DNA of 64,000 bases from Myxococcota bacterium (GCA_036149055.1 JAYZQJ010000014.1:1-64000); one strand, 5' to 3'; positions 40,777-56,285 are shown, counted from the stretch's first letter. Notes: a model not told the origin generated them from the letters alone. Made by a program: numbers and translations.

Positions 40777-42102
40777 ATGAAGACGCTCGCGGACCTCCGG
40801 GCCCACGCCGACGCCGCGCTCCTCGCCGGCAAGCACCTCGAGGCCCTGCACGGCTACGCGGTGCTGCTGACGCTCGAGCCCATCAACCTCGACGCCCGGC
40901 TGCGGCTGGCCGACTCCCTGCTCGCGCTCGGGGAGATCCAGCGCGCGGCGGTGGTCTACACCGCGGTGGCCCGACACTGCGCCCACGGCGGCCACCCGCT
41001 GCGGGCTCTGGTGGCGCTCAAGGTGCTGACCACGCTCGAGCCGCTGCTCGAGTCCCTGCTGGCGAGCCTGAGCGAGCTCTACTCCCGCGACTCGGAGCGG
41101 CTCGGCCGCGGCATCCGGCTGGTGCCGGGGGATCCGGAGCGCGCCCTCCCGGACGGCTTCACCCTCGGCGAGATCCCGCCGCAGGATCAGCTGGTCGCCC
41201 ACTGCGAGAAGCTCGGCGCGGACCTCACCAAGACCGGGCAGGTCTACCCCGAGAACCTGCCGCCGATCCCCCTCTTCTCGGAGCTGCCTTCGGGCGCGTT
41301 CGCCCGGGTGCTCGCGGCGATGAAGCTGCGGCGCACCCGCCCGGGCGAGACGATCGTGGCCGAGGGTCAGCCCGGCCACAGCTTCTACGTGCTGGCGCGC
41401 GGCGAGGTGGCGGTCACCAAGCACCTCGCGCAGGGCGGGGAGCGGCGGCTCGCGACCCTGCAGGACGGCGCCATCTTCGGCGAGATGGCGATGGTGAGCG
41501 CCTCCCCCCGGACGGCGACGGTCACCGCGGTGAGCGACTGCGACCTGCTGGAGTTCGACCGCGAGGCCTTGGCCGCGGTGAGCCAGGACGTGGGCACGGT
41601 GGCGGTGGCCCTCGACAAGTTCACCCGCGAGCGGCTCCTGAACAACCTGCTCGCGACCGCGCCGCTGTTCGCGCCGCTCGACCGCCGGCAGCGCTTCGAT
41701 CTCATCCGCCGCTTCACCGCGCACGACGTGGCGGCCGGCGTGAACGTCATCGAGGAGGGGGCGACCGGCCGCGGCCTCTTCATGCTGCTCAACGGCGAGG
41801 TCGACGTCTCCAAGCGCGACGGCGCCTCGAAGGTGCTGCTGGCGAGCCTCGGGCCCGGGGACGTGTTCGGCGAGATCTCGCTGGTGCACGACGAGCCGGC
41901 GAGCGCGACCGTCACCGCGGCCAAGCAGAGCACGGTGCTGTTCCTCGCCAAGGAGATCTTCCAACGGCTCGAGGAGGCGGTGCCCGAGATCGGCGACTAC
42001 GTCCGCAACCTCGGCGAGGAGCGCATGATGGACACCCGCCTCCTCCTCGACAGCCCCTACGACGACGAGGGCACCACCGAGGACGACCTCATCCTGATCT
42101 GA
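40777..42102 (+). CDS. TPR-like N-terminus plus tandem cyclic-nucleotide-binding domains
   Basis: IPLFSEL, EGQPGHSFYVLARG, FGEMAMVSASPRTAT; second domain FGEISL..DEPASAT. Confidence 0.88.
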   Translation: MKTLADLRAHADAALLAGKHLEALHGYAVLLTLEPINLDARLRLADSLLALGEIQRAAVVYTAVARHCAHGGHPLRALVALKVLTTLEPLLESLLASLSELYSRDSERLGRGIRLVPGDPERALPDGFTLGEIPPQDQLVAHCEKLGADLTKTGQVYPENLPPIPLFSELPSGAFARVLAAMKLRRTRPGETIVAEGQPGHSFYVLARGEVAVTKHLAQGGERRLATLQDGAIFGEMAMVSASPRTATVTAVSDCDLLEFDREALAAVSQDVGTVAVALDKFTRERLLNNLLATAPLFAPLDRRQRFDLIRRFTAHDVAAGVNVIEEGATGRGLFMLLNGEVDVSKRDGASKVLLASLGPGDVFGEISLVHDEPASATVTAAKQSTVLFLAKEIFQRLEEAVPEIGDYVRNLGEERMMDTRLLLDSPYDDEGTTEDDLILI

Positions 42103-42134
42103 CTTTCCTGACCTCCGGGGCGTCCGGTGCGAGG

Positions 42135-43082
42135 ATGAGCTCCATGGTCCGCGCGCTCCTGGTCCTCGCGCTCCTCTGCCCGTGCGCGGCGCACGCCCAG
42201 CGCTGCGAGCCCGATCCGGCGCTGACCCGGGCGGCGGCGGAGCTGTCGCTCGACGGCGCCCTCCCCGACGCGCGTGGGGTGCTCGCGGTAGCCCGGGCCG
42301 CCGGAGCGGACGCCCCCATCGTGGACGCGGCGGTGGTCCCCGAGGCCCGCCGAGACGCGTTCCTCGCCCGCGCCGCCTCCCGCTTCGGGGGTCGGACCGC
42401 GTGCGGCGAGGCCCGCCGCGACGGGCGGGTCTGGATCCTCGCCGGGCCCCGGGACGGTCACCTCGCGCTCGAGGCCGACGGCCGGGTCCGGGTCTCGCTG
42501 GCGCCCGGCCTGTCCTCTCCGCGGCTGCACGTGCTCGCCGCCGACGGTGAGCTCTGGCAGCGCGAGGCGCGCACCGACGCGCCGATGGAGCTGCCGACCG
42601 ACCTCGCGCCTCCGCTGACGGTGCAGCTCGTCGCCGAGGACGCCGAGGGGCCCCGCCCGGTGGCCGAGCGGGTCGTCGGGGAGGCGCCGGACGCGGCCCT
42701 GGTGCGCTCGGACGAGCCGATCGCCTCACGCGTCGCCGGGCTCCGCGGCCGCAGCGGAGCGAGCGCGCTGAGGGCCAACCGCCTGCTCATGCGGGTCGCG
42801 ACCGCGCACGCCGCCCGCGTCTGCGGCGCGCCGCGGGCCCGCCACGTGACCGAGGGAGAGGACCCCGAGCAGCGCCTGGCGCGCGCCGGGATCCGAGCCC
42901 GGCACGTGGGCGAGGCGATCGCCCGCGCCGAGGACCGCGACCACGCGTGGGTCGCGCTCCGCTCGAGCCCGGCCCACCGGGCGGCGCTGACCGACCGCCG
43001 CTTCACCGACGTCGGGGTCGGCGAGGCGGACGGCGGCCGCTGCGTGGTGGTCCTGCTCGCGGCCTGGCCCCGGAGCTTCTGA
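42135..43082 (+). CDS. Secreted protein with a C-terminal CAP/SCP domain
   Basis: Signal peptide; VGE.IA, SSPAHRAAL...FTDVGVG. Confidence 0.8.
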   Translation: MSSMVRALLVLALLCPCAAHAQRCEPDPALTRAAAELSLDGALPDARGVLAVARAAGADAPIVDAAVVPEARRDAFLARAASRFGGRTACGEARRDGRVWILAGPRDGHLALEADGRVRVSLAPGLSSPRLHVLAADGELWQREARTDAPMELPTDLAPPLTVQLVAEDAEGPRPVAERVVGEAPDAALVRSDEPIASRVAGLRGRSGASALRANRLLMRVATAHAARVCGAPRARHVTEGEDPEQRLARAGIRARHVGEAIARAEDRDHAWVALRSSPAHRAALTDRRFTDVGVGEADGGRCVVVLLAAWPRSF

Positions 43083-43101
43083 GTCGGGGCCCGGGCTGCG
43101 A

Positions 43102-46323
<3,222 letters not shown>

Positions 46324-46449
46324 GGGATCTCGGGGCGCGCTCGAGGGGGCTCGGCGCAGCCGGGCAGGCGAGCGTAAGGCGGGGGCGGGGGTGGCGCAAT
46401 CGGCCGCAGCCGGAGCGTCAGTCTTGCGCGAACGCGCCGGAGAGGCACC

Positions 46450-47904
46450 TCATTCGAGCAAGTGCGCGCGGGCGACGATGAGCGCCGCCGCGCCGACGAA
46501 CGCCAGCAGCACCGTGACCACGATCAGGAGCGCCGACAAGAGGGTGCGCCGACGGTGCCGCGCGCTCGACAGCTCGGGGTCCCCGGTCTCGTCCATGACC
46601 CGCTGCGCCTCGAGGGCCGCGTCGATCCCGCGGCGCATGAAGACGATCACCGCGACGATCAGCCCCAGGGCCATCGCGAGCAGCGCGGCCAGGCGCAGGG
46701 TGCGCTGTCTGCCCTCCACCCGGGCCAGGTCCGCGTCCATCCCGCTGGTGGGCGCCGGGAGCGGGTGCACGCCGACCTCCAGCGAGGCCGCGGCCCAGGC
46801 GAGGCGGAGCGCGTCCGGGCCCTCGGGCGCGCGCCGGTCCCCGCCGGCCGCGTCGATGGCGGCGAGGGCCTCGTCGAGCGACCCGACCGCCACGTAGCGA
46901 ATCGCCGCACGCTCGGAGGAGAAGGGATCGGTCCGGACCTGCAGCCGCCAGAGCCCGTCGTCCAGCGCGTAGGGCAGCGGGAAGGCGCCCTCCTCGATCG
47001 GCCGGCCGGCGGTGTGGGTCCAGATCCCGTCGCGGTAGGCGTCCACGAACAGGCCGGGGCGGTCGCCGAGGGTCTGCACCGTGAGCTCGGGCCGGGGCGC
47101 GAGGCGCGCGTCGAGCGCGAGCGCCGGCGTGGCCAGCGCGACCGGGAGCTGCACCTCCCGGGTCGCGACCAGGGCGTCGCCCCGGTACGCCTCGAGCACC
47201 ACGTGCGCCTCCGGCCCGTGCACCCGCGCCGCCAGCGAGACCAGCCCGGCGGTCTCGAGCTCCGGCCCCGGCTCGACGGTGGCCGACTGGCTGAGCGCGA
47301 AGCGGACCCTTGCCGCCGGCTCGCCGACGTGCACGAGGATCTCGCAGCGCGCCTCCGGCACGCACGCGCCCCCGACCACCCGCACCTCGAGGGGCCAGGG
47401 CGGCGCGGCGTCGCCGGCCGGGGTGATCGGGCCGGGCGCGAGCAGCTGCAGATCTCCGGCGAGCCGCCCCAGCACGGACGCGGGCGCGGGCCGCGGGGTG
47501 ACCCGCACCGCCCGGGTGGCGGAGGCGACCGCCTCGCCGTCGACGAAGCCCACCGCCACCAGCGCGAGCGCGCCCGACGCGTCGGCGGGCACGTCGAGGG
47601 TGCCGGCGGCGCCCCCGCCGGGCGCGGGCTCCAGGGTGGCCTCGGCGATCGCCTCGCCGCCCTGGACGAGGCGGACCTGCGCCGGCGCGGCGTAGAGGTG
47701 CGGGCCGTCGAGCGCCTCGAGGTCGCCCACGAGGAGGGTCTGCACCGGCAGGGCGGCGCCGGCCGCCACCTCCCGCGGCGCGCGGACCTGGAGCTCGTGG
47801 TCGATCGACATGCGCTCGCCGAAGAACACCGCGAGCACCACCGCGAGCACCGCGAGCGGGACGGCGAGCCGGATCCCCCACTCGAGCGCGCGCTGGCCGG
47901 ACAC
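46450..47904 (-). CDS. Hypothetical membrane-anchored protein
   Basis: One N-terminal and two C-terminal TM segments flanking a beta-rich domain. Confidence 0.75.
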   Translation of the reverse strand: MSGQRALEWGIRLAVPLAVLAVVLAVFFGERMSIDHELQVRAPREVAAGAALPVQTLLVGDLEALDGPHLYAAPAQVRLVQGGEAIAEATLEPAPGGGAAGTLDVPADASGALALVAVGFVDGEAVASATRAVRVTPRPAPASVLGRLAGDLQLLAPGPITPAGDAAPPWPLEVRVVGGACVPEARCEILVHVGEPAARVRFALSQSATVEPGPELETAGLVSLAARVHGPEAHVVLEAYRGDALVATREVQLPVALATPALALDARLAPRPELTVQTLGDRPGLFVDAYRDGIWTHTAGRPIEEGAFPLPYALDDGLWRLQVRTDPFSSERAAIRYVAVGSLDEALAAIDAAGGDRRAPEGPDALRLAWAAASLEVGVHPLPAPTSGMDADLARVEGRQRTLRLAALLAMALGLIVAVIVFMRRGIDAALEAQRVMDETGDPELSSARHRRRTLLSALLIVVTVLLAFVGAAALIVARAHLLE

Positions 47905-47925
47905 CGGGCCGAGGGTACAGGGGAA

Positions 47926-50841
47926 TCAGCGACGGTGGGACACCAGGCGCTCGGCGAGGTCGCGGAGGAAGGCGCCGTCGGTGCAGCGCCGGTCCTCGAA
48001 CGCCCGGTAGCACTCCGCCTCGAGCGCGAGGGCGACGCCGCCCTCCTCCCAGCTGAGGCTGCGCACCCCTTCGTTCACCGTCTCGCGCGCCGGGCGCCCA
48101 CGCACCTCGAGCGTGGGGCGCGCGGGGGTGACGTCCGCCGGCAACGCGGCGTGCACCGTCGGGGTCGCGTGGAGCGAGAGCGTGAGCTCGCCGTCCCGGG
48201 CGCTGAGCGCGTAGAAGCCGGGGCCGCTCGTCAGCACGACGTCGCGCATGTGCTCGGCGGGGAAGAGCAGCACCTCGTCGGTGGGCGCCGCCTCGAGCGC
48301 GCGTCGCGACGGCTCGGGCAGCCGCGCCAGCTCGGCCGCGGGGGACGGCCCAGTAGCCGGCGCAGTTGCCGGCGCAGTTGCCTGCGCAGTCACCGGCTCG
48401 GAGCCCAGGGCCGCTCCCGAGGGCGCGACCGCCTCGGAGCCAGCCACGGGATCGCTCCCGCAGCCCGCGAGCGCGAGGGCGCACCCCGCGGCGAGACAGC
48501 CGGCCGCGACGCCACGCCGACGCCGGCGGGTCAGCCAGAGCGGGAGGCCCAGCGCCAGGAGCAGCCAGCCGATCGGGACCGCGCCCCCGCCGCCGGCCGA
48601 GCGGCAGCCGCAGCCGCCTTCGAGCGTGTCCGGGCGGGTGGGATCGCCGCCGTCCGGCGAGGCCCCGACCCCTCCGTCCGGTCGCGCGGTCGGCGGATCC
48701 ACCGGCCCGGGCCCGGCCGCGTCGAGCGCCTCACACGCGGCCGCCACGCCGGCCGGCCGGAGGGCGCCCCCGAGCGCGAGCAGCTCGCGGGGCGGGGACT
48801 CGGCGATCAGCGCCGCCACCGGATCGGCGAGGCGACCTCGGGGCGTCAGGAGCAGGGGCTCACCGAGGCCCGCGGCGGGCGCCGCGTCGGCGAAGTGGTC
48901 GGGGGCCGTCAGCAGCCAGCGGGGCACGATCTCTCCTCTCTCTCCGGCGAGGCGCACGATCTCGCGCGCGACCGCCGCGCTGGTCTCGAAGCGATCCTCG
49001 CCCGCGAGGCGGATCACGGTCGCGGCGCCGAGCGCCTCGCGGACCGCCTCGGGCACCACGCCCTCGCCGCCGATCAGGTAGGCGCGCGCCGGGGCCCGGG
49101 CCTCGAGGTGGGCGCGGGTCGCGGCGTCGAGCCCGGCGTCGCCCGCGTAGAGGAGCGGCGCGCCGAGGCGAGCCGCGAGGGCCGCGCCGGAGATGGTGTC
49201 GACCAGGGACGTCCCGCTGGCCACCACCACCGCGTCGACCGGGGCGAACACCTCGGCGGCCGCCACCGCCGTCTCGAAGCGGCTCTCGCCCGCGATCCGC
49301 TCGACCGTGAGGCCGAGCGCGCCGAGCTCCGTGACCTGCGCCTCGGGCACGCGGGACGGGCCGCCGACCACCCAGGCGTGCCGCAGCCCGGTCCAGCGCT
49401 CGAGCGCGGCGCGGGTCGCGTCGGGCAGGGCGTCCGCGGTCGTGTAGAGGATTGGCCGCGCGTCCCACCCGGCGAGCGCGCCGGCCACCAGAGCGTCGGC
49501 GCCGTCCGCGAGCGCGCCCTCGCCGTTGACGATCACCACGCCCTCGGTCGAGCCCTCGGCGCGCACCAGCTCGCCGATCGCGGCCGCGGTCGCGTAGCGG
49601 TCCGCGCCCTCCACCCGGGTGACGCGGGACGGATCGCAGCGACACTCGAGCGACACGGCGGGGTCGGCGTCGTCGCAGTCGAGCGCGCGCGAGTAGCCGT
49701 CCTCGTCGTCGTCGAGCCAGTCGCAGGCGCCGGGCGCGTCGCAGCGCGCGGGATCGACGGTCACGCGGACCTGCAGCTGATCGTCGGGCGGCCCGCCCTG
49801 GGACGGATCCCCGAACCAGGCGACGCCCTCACGTACGAGGTTGAAGTGCTGCGGGTAGTCGCCGCCCGCGTCGGGGGCCCGCACGGTGAACGAGAAGCGC
49901 CCGGTCTCGCCCGGCCGGACGACGGCGTCGACGGTGGCGGCGCGGTGCGGGGAGATCCAGTCGGGCCCGGCGAGCGGGCTCGCGCCGTCGCGCGGCTCGG
50001 TGGTCCCGAGGAAGACCTCGCCCGGCCGCCAGACCTCGCCGCCGGTGTTCCGCATCGCGATGTAGCCCGCGACCTCCTCCCGCGGCGCCAGCACGAAGGG
50101 CTCGCGCGCGAACGGGAAGCTCTGCTCGGCGAACGCGGCGCTCCACGCCGGCGGGCCCACCAGGTCCTCGTAGGAGCGGACGAGCGACATGTAGGTCGGC
50201 ACGTAGACCGACCCGAGCCCGCTGACGTTCTGCCGGATGTTGAAGTGGAGGTGGATGGTGGTGCTCGAGCTGCCGAAGTTGTCGCTGATGCGACCGAGGC
50301 GCTGACCGCGGCTCACGCGCTGGCCCCTGGAGACCGCGACCGAGCGCATGTGCAGGTAGTCGTAGCGGGTCCCGTCGTCGGCGGTGACGTAGACCGAGTA
50401 GCTGCCGATGTTGGTGACCGTGCCGGCCGCGGCGGAGACCGCCCAGTAGTGGTTGTCGCGGCAGGTCGCCGGCCGGATGTCCTGACCCTGATGGCCGCGC
50501 CCGCTCGGGCAGAGCGGCATGTCCCAGCTGCGCTCCTCGCAGTAGTTGTCGTGCCAGGGGTAGGCGTAGTTGGCCCCGGTGCACTGCCCGCCGCCCGGGC
50601 CCATGTAGCCGCCGTGGCCGTAGATCTGGGAGTTGGCGTAGGCGGGGCCGCTCTCGAACGGGAAGCGCATGCCGGGGGCGTACACCCGGGAGTCGACGCG
50701 CCCGGCGCCGGAGCGGAGCGAGCCGCCGCCCCGGCGCTCGAGGTCGCCGGGCGGCGTGTAGCTGAACTGGGCCGACACCGGTGCCGCGAGCAGCGGGGCG
50801 GCGGCGAGCAGCAGGGCGGCCGTGAACGGCAGGGCGCGCAT
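47926..50841 (-). CDS. Surface protein: M23-like peptidase, Ig-like domain, CW_binding_2 repeats, internal MYXO-CTERM, fused C-terminal lipoprotein-like domain
   Basis: Signal peptide; HQGQD and HLH; DEDGY..DCDD; three R..G..R(Y/F).T repeats; GGCGC-TM-RRRRR followed by LALAGC. Confidence 0.85.
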   Translation of the reverse strand: MRALPFTAALLLAAAPLLAAPVSAQFSYTPPGDLERRGGGSLRSGAGRVDSRVYAPGMRFPFESGPAYANSQIYGHGGYMGPGGGQCTGANYAYPWHDNYCEERSWDMPLCPSGRGHQGQDIRPATCRDNHYWAVSAAAGTVTNIGSYSVYVTADDGTRYDYLHMRSVAVSRGQRVSRGQRLGRISDNFGSSSTTIHLHFNIRQNVSGLGSVYVPTYMSLVRSYEDLVGPPAWSAAFAEQSFPFAREPFVLAPREEVAGYIAMRNTGGEVWRPGEVFLGTTEPRDGASPLAGPDWISPHRAATVDAVVRPGETGRFSFTVRAPDAGGDYPQHFNLVREGVAWFGDPSQGGPPDDQLQVRVTVDPARCDAPGACDWLDDDEDGYSRALDCDDADPAVSLECRCDPSRVTRVEGADRYATAAAIGELVRAEGSTEGVVIVNGEGALADGADALVAGALAGWDARPILYTTADALPDATRAALERWTGLRHAWVVGGPSRVPEAQVTELGALGLTVERIAGESRFETAVAAAEVFAPVDAVVVASGTSLVDTISGAALAARLGAPLLYAGDAGLDAATRAHLEARAPARAYLIGGEGVVPEAVREALGAATVIRLAGEDRFETSAAVAREIVRLAGERGEIVPRWLLTAPDHFADAAPAAGLGEPLLLTPRGRLADPVAALIAESPPRELLALGGALRPAGVAAACEALDAAGPGPVDPPTARPDGGVGASPDGGDPTRPDTLEGGCGCRSAGGGGAVPIGWLLLALGLPLWLTRRRRRGVAAGCLAAGCALALAGCGSDPVAGSEAVAPSGAALGSEPVTAQATAPATAPATGPSPAAELARLPEPSRRALEAAPTDEVLLFPAEHMRDVVLTSGPGFYALSARDGELTLSLHATPTVHAALPADVTPARPTLEVRGRPARETVNEGVRSLSWEEGGVALALEAECYRAFEDRRCTDGAFLRDLAERLVSHRR

Positions 50842-51031
50842 GACGCGGAGCGTCCGCAACGACGATGCCAGCCCCGCTCGCGGGGTCGCTGGGCGCCGGT
50901 GCGGACCCCAGATCGCGGCGCGATGCGACGAGACGGCGCGATCGGGCGAAGGAGGGTGTCCAGGAGCTGATCGCCACCCGGACAGGAAGGATGGCATGGT
51001 ATGACGCGTACTCGATCGCGTGCGGGCCACC

Positions 51032-51703
51032 ATGGGCGCCTACTGGCTCTACTACCTCGGCATCTTCGCCGCCTACTGGCTCGTCGATCACCCGGCGGTC
51101 CTGGTGGGCCTGGGCGTGATGATCCTGCTCCGGCGCTGGATCCCCGATCCGTGGGTCCTGCTCCGTACGTTCGGGCGCATCCGCAAGCTGAAGGAGCAGA
51201 TCGCGGCCAACCCGGCGAACGTCACCGCCCGGCGCGACCTGGCTCGCATCTACCTCGAGCGGCTCCGCCCGCGGGCGGCGCTCCGGCTCGTCGATCAGGC
51301 GCGGGAGCGCGACCGGGACAGCGCGGAGCTGCTCTTCCTCCGGGGCCTGGCCCTGCACCGGGTGGGCGAGCACGAGGAGGCGCTCGGCCCGCTGGTCGAG
51401 GCTGTGGAGGTCGACCCGCGGGTCGGCTTCGGCGAGGCCTTCAAGGTGGCCGGCGACGCGCTCAGCGCCCTGTCCCGCCACGAGCAGGCGATCGACGCCT
51501 ACGACCGCTTCCTCGAGAAGAACAGCTCGTCGATCGAGGGTCACGTGAAGGTCGCGCTCGCGCACCAGCGGGTGGGCGAGGAGCGCGAGGCCAAGGAGGC
51601 CATCCGCGAGGCGCTCGGCACCTGGTCGGCGATCCCCGGCTACGCCAAGCGCCGTCAGCTCGGCTGGATGGCGCGGGCCCTGTACTACCGCGTGATGCTC
51701 TGA
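51032..51703 (+). CDS. Membrane-anchored TPR protein
   Basis: Two N-terminal hydrophobic helices, then TPR-like helices. Confidence 0.8.
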   Translation: MGAYWLYYLGIFAAYWLVDHPAVLVGLGVMILLRRWIPDPWVLLRTFGRIRKLKEQIAANPANVTARRDLARIYLERLRPRAALRLVDQARERDRDSAELLFLRGLALHRVGEHEEALGPLVEAVEVDPRVGFGEAFKVAGDALSALSRHEQAIDAYDRFLEKNSSSIEGHVKVALAHQRVGEEREAKEAIREALGTWSAIPGYAKRRQLGWMARALYYRVML

Positions 51704-51721
51704 AGCGGCTATCGTCGCCGC

Positions 51722-53041
51722 GTGGACGTGGTGGTGGTGGGGGCCGGCGTGGCCGGGCTGCGGGCGGCGCGGATCCTCGCGGACGAGGGGCGCGAGGTCG
51801 TGGTGCTCGAGGCGCGGGATCGCGTCGGCGGGCGGCTCCTCAGCCGGGACGTCGGGCGGGCCCGCTTCGACGTCGGCGGCCAGTGGATCGGGCCGAGCCA
51901 GCGGCGGGCCCAGGCGCTCACCGCCGAGCTCGGGCTGGCCACGTTCGACACCTTCACCGAGGGCGATCGCCTCACGGTGGTGCGCGGTCGGGTGCGCCGC
52001 TACCGGGGCACGATCCCCAAGCTCGACCCGTTCGCGCTGCTCTCCCTGCACCGCGCCATGGGGCGCATGGAGGCGATGCGCGCCCGGATCGCGCTCGACC
52101 GGCCGACCGAGCCGGAGGCGACGACGCTCGACGCCTGGCAGCGGCGGCACGTGCCCAGCGGGATCGCGCGGGACCTGGTGGAGGCGGCGATGCGGGTCGT
52201 CTTCGGGGTCGAGGCCCGGGAGCTGTCCCTCGCGAGCTTCCTGACCTACGCGCAGAGCGCCGGCGGGGTGCTGCCGCTGATCGAGTCCGAGGAGGGCAAC
52301 CAGGAGACGCGGTTCCGGGACGGCGCGCAGCGCCTCGCCTTCGGGATGGCCGAGCGGCTGGGCGACGCCGTGCGGCTCGGCTGCCCCGCGCGGCGCGTGG
52401 CGCAGGACGACGACGGGGTGACGGTGACCCACGACGGCGGCGAGGTCCGGGCCCGGCGCGCGGTGATCGCCGTGCCTCCCGCGCTCGCGCGCCGCCTGGT
52501 GTTCACGCCGCCGCTGCCGCCCGCCCGGCGCCGCCTCGTCGACCGCACGCCGACCGGCGCGACCACCAAGCACCTCGTGCTCTACGACCGGCCCTTCTGG
52601 CGCGACGCGGGCCTCTCCGGAGAGGCGGTCTTCGACGCGGGCCCGATCAGCGTCACGATGGACAACACGTCGTTCGACGGCGCGCAGCCGGCGCTGGTGG
52701 CCTTCAGCGTGGCCCAGCCGGCCCGCGCGCTCTCCGCGCTGCCCGCGGTCGAGCGGCGACGCCGCGTGCTCGAGCGCCTCGTCCACGCCTTCGGTCCCGA
52801 CGCGGGCGCGCCGACCGCGCACGTGGAGAAGGAGTGGGCCCGCGAGCGCTGGAGCCGCGGCTGCCCGGTCGGCCTCTCGCAGCCGGGGCTCCTCCGCGAG
52901 CACGGCGACGCCCTCCGCGCGCCGAGCGGGCGGCTGCACTGGGCGGGGACCGAGACCGCGCGGGAGCACCAGGGCTTCATCGAGGGGGCCCTCGAGAGCG
53001 CCGAGCGGGTGGCCGAAGAGATCCGGCTCGCGAAGAGCTGA
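51722..53041 (+). CDS. Flavin monoamine oxidase family protein
   Basis: VVVVGAGVAGL, LEARDRVGGR, DVGGQW, HWAGTET, GFIEGALES. Confidence 0.93.
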   Translation: MDVVVVGAGVAGLRAARILADEGREVVVLEARDRVGGRLLSRDVGRARFDVGGQWIGPSQRRAQALTAELGLATFDTFTEGDRLTVVRGRVRRYRGTIPKLDPFALLSLHRAMGRMEAMRARIALDRPTEPEATTLDAWQRRHVPSGIARDLVEAAMRVVFGVEARELSLASFLTYAQSAGGVLPLIESEEGNQETRFRDGAQRLAFGMAERLGDAVRLGCPARRVAQDDDGVTVTHDGGEVRARRAVIAVPPALARRLVFTPPLPPARRRLVDRTPTGATTKHLVLYDRPFWRDAGLSGEAVFDAGPISVTMDNTSFDGAQPALVAFSVAQPARALSALPAVERRRRVLERLVHAFGPDAGAPTAHVEKEWARERWSRGCPVGLSQPGLLREHGDALRAPSGRLHWAGTETAREHQGFIEGALESAERVAEEIRLAKS

Positions 53042-53100
53042 CCCATACGGCGGCCGATTCGGCGCTGGCGTCGGGCGGGCGGGTTCGGTATCGCGATCCG

Positions 53101-53921
53101 ATGCGCCGTATCCCTTTGCTCGCCTTGCTCCTCGTCGCCTGCGACGCGCCGCCGCCCGCCGTGGAGGACGCGGCGATCACCTTCGAGGCGCCCGACGCCG
53201 GGCCGGTCGAGGACGCCTCCACTCCGCCCGAGCCGGCGGTGGGCGACGCGTGCGACGCCGACGACGTCTGCCCGGGCGCCGCGCCCGTCTGCCTCGGCGG
53301 CGAGGGGTGGCGTGACGGCTACTGCACCGAGTACTGCGAGGAGGGCGCGGACACCTGCCCCGAGGGCTCGCGCTGCACGCCCATCGACCACCGCACGCGG
53401 GTCTGCCTACGGAGTGCGACACCCGCGTCGAGAAGGACTGCCGCCCCGGCTACGGCTGCGCCGAAGGGGGCCCGGACGCCTCGGTCTGCGAGCCCGGCTG
53501 CGACGTCGACGCCGACTGCCCGGACGGGCTCCGCTGCGACCCGGCCGACGGGATCCGCGGCGAGGGGCAGTGCTACGACCCCGAGGCGGCGCTGGGCGAT
53601 CCCTGCGTGGACCCCGAGGACTGCACCGCGGACGGCTGGTGCATGCGCGAGCGCGACCGCGGCTGGCCGGGCGGCTTCTGCACCCTCTTCCGGTGCAACG
53701 AGGTCGACGACGCCGGCTGCCCGGGCGACGCCCACTGCGTCTTCCACTTCTACCGCGACCCGATCTGCGTCGACGGCTGCGAGGTCGACGCGGACTGCCG
53801 CCCCGGCTACGCGTGCCTCCCGGACGAGACCTACCCCGACCGGATGATCTGCACCCCGCGCTGCGACGCCTCCTCCTGCACGGAGCTCACCTGCTCGCCG
53901 GACACCGGCCGCTGCGAGTGA
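53101..53921 (+). pseudogene. Cys-rich lipoprotein with a 1-nt frameshift at ~53409 (pseudogene or assembly error)
   Basis: MRRIPLLALLLVAC...CPEGSRC...RVCL continues in another frame as ECDTRVEKDCRPGYGC...DTGRCE. Confidence 0.75.
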
Positions 53922-53923
53922 CG

Positions 53924-53962
53924 GAAAACGAAAGCGCCGGCTCCCCGAAGGGAACCGGCGCT
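53924..53962 (-). terminator. Intrinsic terminator after hppA (possibly bidirectional)
   Basis: AGCGCCGG.TCCC-CGAA-GGGA.CCGGCGCT followed by TTCGTTTTC on the minus strand. Confidence 0.75.
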
Positions 53963-53986
53963 CTCGGCTCGAAGCCTGGAGAGGCT

Positions 53987-56128
<2,142 letters not shown>

Positions 56129-56285
56129 CTCGAGATTCCTCTGTGCCGCGCCCCCCCAGCGAGAGCGCGTTTGACTCTTTGAGCCCTGTTTTCCCGGGCC
56201 ATGGGGAGCCCCGAGGGCACACCCCGCCCGTCCGGGCGGCCGGGTTCTAGCGGATCCGAGGGCTCTTGCAACGCGAAATCGGGGC

